Below, in pieces: positions 59,626-64,000 of a stretch of DNA of 64,000 nt. The first letter of the stretch is position 1; every line of letters starts with the position of its first letter. The notes under the pieces are model-generated. The model had not been told where the DNA came from and did no database searches. It saw only the letters and a program-made list of their open reading frames with translations. The position numbers and the translations under genes were made by a program. The DNA is from an uncultured cyanobacterium (lineage in GTDB: Bacteria > Cyanobacteriota > Cyanobacteriia > Phormidesmidales > Phormidesmidaceae): contig CAWBZI010000004.1 in assembly GCA_963793265.1 (NCBI GenBank), positions 416,001 through 480,000 of the forward strand, written 5' to 3'.

Positions 59626-60429
59626 GTGCGATCGCCTCGGGTCAAATCTACAAAACCAAAACGTCCGCTGCGCCTACCGTGGCGCGATATTTTAGATGCG
59701 TTGGCACTAAGCGTTTGGAGTGCGATGCTGTTTCGCTTTTGGTTCGGCGGTAAGCTGCTGCTACTCTTGCATCCCGACTATGCCTGGCTGTCTAATGTGG
59801 CAGCGATCGCACTGTTATTTCTCGTCAGCTTCACCATCCATAAAATCTTAAATCAGCTTTTTGGGTCTAGATCCAACCGGGCTAACGGCACAGGTGCAGA
59901 CTTAGGTCACGTGACGCTACTGCCGCCGAGTATCAGTAGTGCTCTGATGCTAGGAGTCGCCATCTTCGGCACGATTTATACGCCCCAAGCCTTTGCCAGT
60001 GAAACCGCCATGCAGCGAGGCATTGCCCAAACGCTGACGCTCACGCGCGCACAGCCCCAGCGGTTTTCGCGTGCGGCCTCACCCGAAGAACGGACAGTCA
60101 TTGACTGGATTCGCCTGGTGAATGTGTATCCAGAGCCCGATGCCTATACCGGAGAAGCGGTTGATGTGAAGGGATTTGTTATCCATCCCGAAAGCTGGCC
60201 AGATGACTATTTGATGGTGTCTCGATTTGTGCTGACCTGCTGTGCGGCAGATGCCTATCCGGTGGGCCTGCCGGTAAAGGTAAATAGCCAGTCATCTTAT
60301 CCCGTAGATAGCTGGCTTGCCGTGAAAGGCGAGATGATCAGTGAGACGCTAGACGGGCGGCGGCAGCTTGCGATCGCACCGACAGCCCTTGAAACTATAG
60401 AAGAACCCGACAACCCGTATGAGTACTAG
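59626..60429 (+). CDS. TIGR03943/DUF1980 (YcgQ-like) permease-associated subunit
   Basis: Three TMs, 'LLLHP.Y', 'RFVLTCCAADA', terminal 'P.NPYEY'. Confidence 0.9.
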   Translation: MRSPRVKSTKPKRPLRLPWRDILDALALSVWSAMLFRFWFGGKLLLLLHPDYAWLSNVAAIALLFLVSFTIHKILNQLFGSRSNRANGTGADLGHVTLLPPSISSALMLGVAIFGTIYTPQAFASETAMQRGIAQTLTLTRAQPQRFSRAASPEERTVIDWIRLVNVYPEPDAYTGEAVDVKGFVIHPESWPDDYLMVSRFVLTCCAADAYPVGLPVKVNSQSSYPVDSWLAVKGEMISETLDGRRQLAIAPTALETIEEPDNPYEY

Positions 60430-61978
60430 CTCTAGACCCCAGCGCTCTCCGCAATCCTCGCAATCGCGCCTTCAGCGGCAGCCCCTAGATCGCGCGGCCC
60501 AGCTTGTTATGCTGCTGCTGGCAGTAGTCATTGCGGCCATGCTGCTATTGGGTACTCAGGCGCTGACGAAAGTGCGTACGTTTTCCTGGCAGGGCAAAGC
60601 GGTCACCGCTGACGATGTGGCCTTTCTGCTAACGTTTTCGCAGCCTGTGAATCCTAAAAGCGTAGAGGAAAGCTTGAAGATCGAGCCCGTGCTGCCCGGT
60701 AAATTTAGCTGGGCCGGGCGGCGAATGGCCTACACGCTAACGGTGCCTGCGCCTTATGGCGAAAACTATACCCTGACGCTACCAGAGGCGAATGCGCTAA
60801 GCGGTCAGGCTGGCTTTGAGCCTTTTAAGGCTGATTTTCATACGCGCGATCGCGTCTTTGCCTACATTGGTGCAGACGGCGAAGAGCAAGGTCGCCTTAT
60901 TTTGTTTAATCTGACGCGAAAGGAAAAAACCTTACTCACGCCTGAAGGGCAAAGCGTACTGGACTTTGAGGCATACCCTGACCGGACACGAATTTTATAC
61001 TCAGCCGTCGCAGAAGATTCCCGCCAGCGCAGCACTCAGCCCGAACCACCTCAGATATATAGCGTGTCAACCGGGCTAGCTGATGGGGCGATCGCGCCAC
61101 GATGGCAATTTTGGAAGACCGCTCAAACTGCTGAGGCGGGGCAGGTTGATCTAATTCTTGACAATAAAGACTATCAAAACCTTAAATTCGACCTTTCCCC
61201 TAACGGCGAGGTAATTGTCGTACAGCGCGTCAACCAGGCTAACCCTGCCGACTTTGGCCCTTGGGTATTGATGAACGGCGAGCCTGCGCGCAAGCTAAAG
61301 ACAGAGCCAGGCGGTGATTTTACAATCGCACCCGATAGTGCCTCGATACTGTTACAGCAGGGCGAGGGGACAGCGGTAATCGCGATAGAACCAGAGTTGG
61401 AGGTCGCTGAATCGAGCGAGCTGCTAGACTTTTTACCTGACTACGGCCTGACTTTGGATATTGCCAGCGACGGTAGCGCGGCGGCTTTGGTCAACTTCAA
61501 CCAGGATGACCCCGAAAAGCAGTTCACCCAGTCTTTGTTTTGGGTGTCTAATTCAGGCAAAGAAAAGGCCCTATTGCAAACAGACGGGGCTATACTGAGC
61601 GCGCAGTTTAGCGATAACAATAATGTGCTCTATTGCCTGGTAAGTCGGCTAGTAGAAGACACAGAAGAGTATCAAACCGTGCCTTACCTAACGGCAGTCA
61701 ATATCAAGACAGGTAAAGAGCAGAAGCTGCTAGAAATGCCGCCTCAAGCCGAAATTACGATGAGCACGTCACCGGATGGCCTGGCCATTTTGTTTGACGA
61801 GGCCCTAGCCAGTGAGGCACAACAACCAGCAGCCGCAGGCACGCTTTCGGGGCCGACGCATCGTTTATGGCTGCTGCCGCTATTTGGCACGCTAGAGGAA
61901 AGATTGCAGGGAGAACCCGTTGCGTTGCCGCCAACGGAACTGGAGATTACCGGGAGACAGCCAGCCTGGCTACCCTGA
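60419..61978 (+). CDS. Membrane-anchored Ig-like (Big_5-type) plus TolB-like beta-propeller protein
   Basis: One TM; 'LTFSQPV...VEESLKIEP.LPG.FSW.G'; repeated 'SPNG/APD/SDG/SPDG' blade motifs. Confidence 0.75.
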   Translation: MSTSSRPQRSPQSSQSRLQRQPLDRAAQLVMLLLAVVIAAMLLLGTQALTKVRTFSWQGKAVTADDVAFLLTFSQPVNPKSVEESLKIEPVLPGKFSWAGRRMAYTLTVPAPYGENYTLTLPEANALSGQAGFEPFKADFHTRDRVFAYIGADGEEQGRLILFNLTRKEKTLLTPEGQSVLDFEAYPDRTRILYSAVAEDSRQRSTQPEPPQIYSVSTGLADGAIAPRWQFWKTAQTAEAGQVDLILDNKDYQNLKFDLSPNGEVIVVQRVNQANPADFGPWVLMNGEPARKLKTEPGGDFTIAPDSASILLQQGEGTAVIAIEPELEVAESSELLDFLPDYGLTLDIASDGSAAALVNFNQDDPEKQFTQSLFWVSNSGKEKALLQTDGAILSAQFSDNNNVLYCLVSRLVEDTEEYQTVPYLTAVNIKTGKEQKLLEMPPQAEITMSTSPDGLAILFDEALASEAQQPAAAGTLSGPTHRLWLLPLFGTLEERLQGEPVALPPTELEITGRQPAWLP

Positions 61979-62008
61979 AATAGCTTATAAAATACCCTAT
62001 TAAAAAAT

Positions 62009-62059
62009 ATAGCCGGACTGAAATCCGGCTATGTCAGCCCAGCGGTTCAGTCCGGCTAT
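62009..62059. repeat. Nested inverted repeat between convergent genes (terminator-like)
   Basis: ATAGCCGGACTGAA (62009-62022) can pair with TCCGGCTAT (62024-62032) or with TTCAGTCCGGCTAT (62046-62059). Confidence 0.8.
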
Positions 62060-62087
62060 TAAGGTATGAGCCGCTAGCTATAGGCGC

Positions 62088-62339
62088 TTATGGATTTCGC
62101 CTGGTTTCATTTCGTTGAATGTAGAGCTGAAGAAAAATTTGCGCAGCAGAGGGCTCTAGCTCATCTAGCGCATTGATAATTTCGGGGATAGAGTCTGCTA
62201 ATGGATCGCTTACCTCATTGACCCACTGATTGACTGTAGAGCGAGCAACACCCATGGTTACAGCCAGTCGATTTTGACTGATGCCATATTGTTGAAGAAC
62301 GTACTTTAATGCCTTACCTGCCCTGCCCATTTTTTTCAT
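62088..62339 (-). CDS. XRE-family helix-turn-helix protein
   Basis: 'ISQNRLA..MGV.RSTVNQWVNE..DP'. Confidence 0.9.
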   Translation of the reverse strand: MKKMGRAGKALKYVLQQYGISQNRLAVTMGVARSTVNQWVNEVSDPLADSIPEIINALDELEPSAAQIFLQLYIQRNETRRNP

Positions 62340-62878
62340 ATCTCGATAAATGACGATTTTTCAGTTGTTTTCAGCTGTCTTTATTTACTTAGATTTCGGC
62401 TGTTAAGTGTGATTTTCAGTTTTTACTCAAGCGTACGTCTTTATTCATAACTACTGAACTTAGTACCTGTAATCCTGAAGAATTTATACTGAAGTTATAT
62501 AAACATGATCAGAGATAGCACTGAATGGAGAAATGAACGTCAGACACTATAAGGACTGACACTATCGCAAACTATTTATTTTTTATGTGTGCTGTATCAA
62601 AATAGTGAGCGCTTTTGTGTAAATAGCGCTGCCTGTGAAAAGCGACCTAATTCCCTCTAGTCTGTTACAGCCGCTATCTATTCTTAAGCCGATAGCCATG
62701 CTTTTACTTTCTTTTTACCTGATGTGGAAAGGAATTTGCCTGCTTTTGAGAGCTGCTTTATTTGGATCTGAACCGAGCAGCGATCGCCTAGATTCTAATG
62801 TGTCGGTTGTATGTAGTGGCTTAGTAATGTAGTGCACCTGAATACACTGATTCTATGTGCGTCCGTAAAAACACGCAA

Positions 62879-64000
62879 TCAAAAATCATCGTTGCTGAAG
62901 ATCTCTTCGTCGAGAGAACCTTCGGTAAAAGGCTCCACCCAGGGCTCAGCTTTATCAGCCTCGGTAGCACCGTCTATAAATAGTGCTTCTGATTCCTGCG
63001 TAACTGGATCAGGTGCAGGCGGATCGTAAATTGGCGATTCAATGAACGGCTCGGTTGACGGTTCAACTGGCCTTGGGTGAGTGATATTTGGTGTCGTCGG
63101 GGTCGGCTGATTGTAGACGGGCTCAGCTTTGATTACGGTGGGGAAAGAAAGGGGCTGATCGAGGGTTTTTGAAGCGCTACGAATGGACTGAAGAATGGCT
63201 GTGCCGTGTTCTTTGGTCGCTAGCTGAAGCTTGGCGTCACGAATGGTAACGGGCAAAAACTCAACCTTCATCTGCTGATTTCTCAGAGATACCTTGAGCG
63301 CGGCAGTGTCGTGGTCTTGGAGCGGATCGCTGTCGAAGGTAAAGTCACCTAATGAGTAGGCAATGGGGCGATCGCGATAAATTTCAGTGCCTTGTACAAA
63401 GTCAGGATGGTAGCCAACGACTAAATCGGCACCGGCATCAACGGCCTCATGCGCAAGTGACTTTTGCCAGTCTTCAGGGGCTGTTGTTGTGAAATCGGGC
63501 TGTGAGGGATCTGACGCGGGTTTCTGTTCTGATAGTGATTGCAGGTCACTCTCATGCTCGGTATGACTCTCGCTTGAGTTAGCCCACCGATAGTTCACGA
63601 CAATCCAATCCACTTGAGAACGGATTGCCTGAATATCTTCGGTAATATGCTGGCGATTCTCGCTGTTGGCAAGAGCCACGCCTGCTTTTTCACCCTTAGC
63701 TCCTTTAAGCGCATCAGGGTTGTAGCCCAAGTAGGCAATCCGCTGGCCTTTCACTTCTAAAATTTCGGGGCGATGGGCCTCCTGCTGATTGCGTCCGGCT
63801 CCGACACGATAGAGGCCCTGGCGATCTAAATTGTTTAGCGTTTCAGCAAGGCCCCTTGCTCCATACTTCAGCGTGCTTTCGTCTGCAAGGCTGATAATAT
63901 CAATGCCGCCTGCTTTGAGCGTTTGCACCGCTTGGGGCCGGGTGCGGTGATGAAAATCTTCTTGGAGTGTCGTGCTGGCATTGGCTAAAGGTTCTGCCAA
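62879..64000 (-). CDS. CapA/PGA_cap family metallophosphoesterase-like protein, partial (5' end beyond the window)
   Basis: 'GIDIISLAD', 'VGAG', 'DWIVVNYRW', 'AGADLVVGYHP', 'PIAYSLGDF'. Confidence 0.85.
   Translation of the reverse strand: MAEPLANASTTLQEDFHHRTRPQAVQTLKAGGIDIISLADESTLKYGARGLAETLNNLDRQGLYRVGAGRNQQEAHRPEILEVKGQRIAYLGYNPDALKGAKGEKAGVALANSENRQHITEDIQAIRSQVDWIVVNYRWANSSESHTEHESDLQSLSEQKPASDPSQPDFTTTAPEDWQKSLAHEAVDAGADLVVGYHPDFVQGTEIYRDRPIAYSLGDFTFDSDPLQDHDTAALKVSLRNQQMKVEFLPVTIRDAKLQLATKEHGTAILQSIRSASKTLDQPLSFPTVIKAEPVYNQPTPTTPNITHPRPVEPSTEPFIESPIYDPPAPDPVTQESEALFIDGATEADKAEPWVEPFTEGSLDEEIFSNDDF

Noticed and set aside
62635..63029. Two 65-aa plus-strand ORFs
   Set aside because: The first has a hydrophobic stretch but no SD or homology evidence; the second is mostly antisense to the CapA-family gene.
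1..64000. CRISPR arrays, tRNA/rRNA genes, transposases, integrases
   Set aside because: I saw no regularly spaced repeat-spacer units, cloverleaf structures or transposase motifs. The recurring GCGATCGC is HIP1.

Overview
A 64-kb stretch of a cyanobacterial chromosome. Evidence: the HIP1 octamer GCGATCGC is dense throughout, and the window carries cp12, desB, cruFG, labA, cdgR and cyanobacterial-type hfq next to dapF. Most genes are core housekeeping (sat, mnmA, mutS2, recN, mtnA, lipA, dapF, surE, DAHP synthase). Three small toxin-antitoxin-like pairs and a lipid/stress cluster (PAP2, EEP hydrolase, cardiolipin synthase, antiporter-USP, ExoD) sit among them. I saw no rRNA, tRNA, CRISPR array or transposase. 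The best candidate for an undescribed system is the three-gene locus at 32675-39847: an outer-membrane beta-barrel, a secreted FecR-domain protein with a ~600-aa acidic tail, and a CHASE2-Ser/Thr kinase. It looks like a sigma-independent trans-envelope signalling module. Other notable points: a one-base frameshift splitting mutS2; an ACG codon where the DUF790 gene should start; an unannotated 51-aa Psb34-like ORF; an intact cardiolipin synthase; a Tat-signal pseudo-caspase; and a two-state inverted repeat at 62009-62059. All protein family calls come from motif recognition by eye, not database searches.
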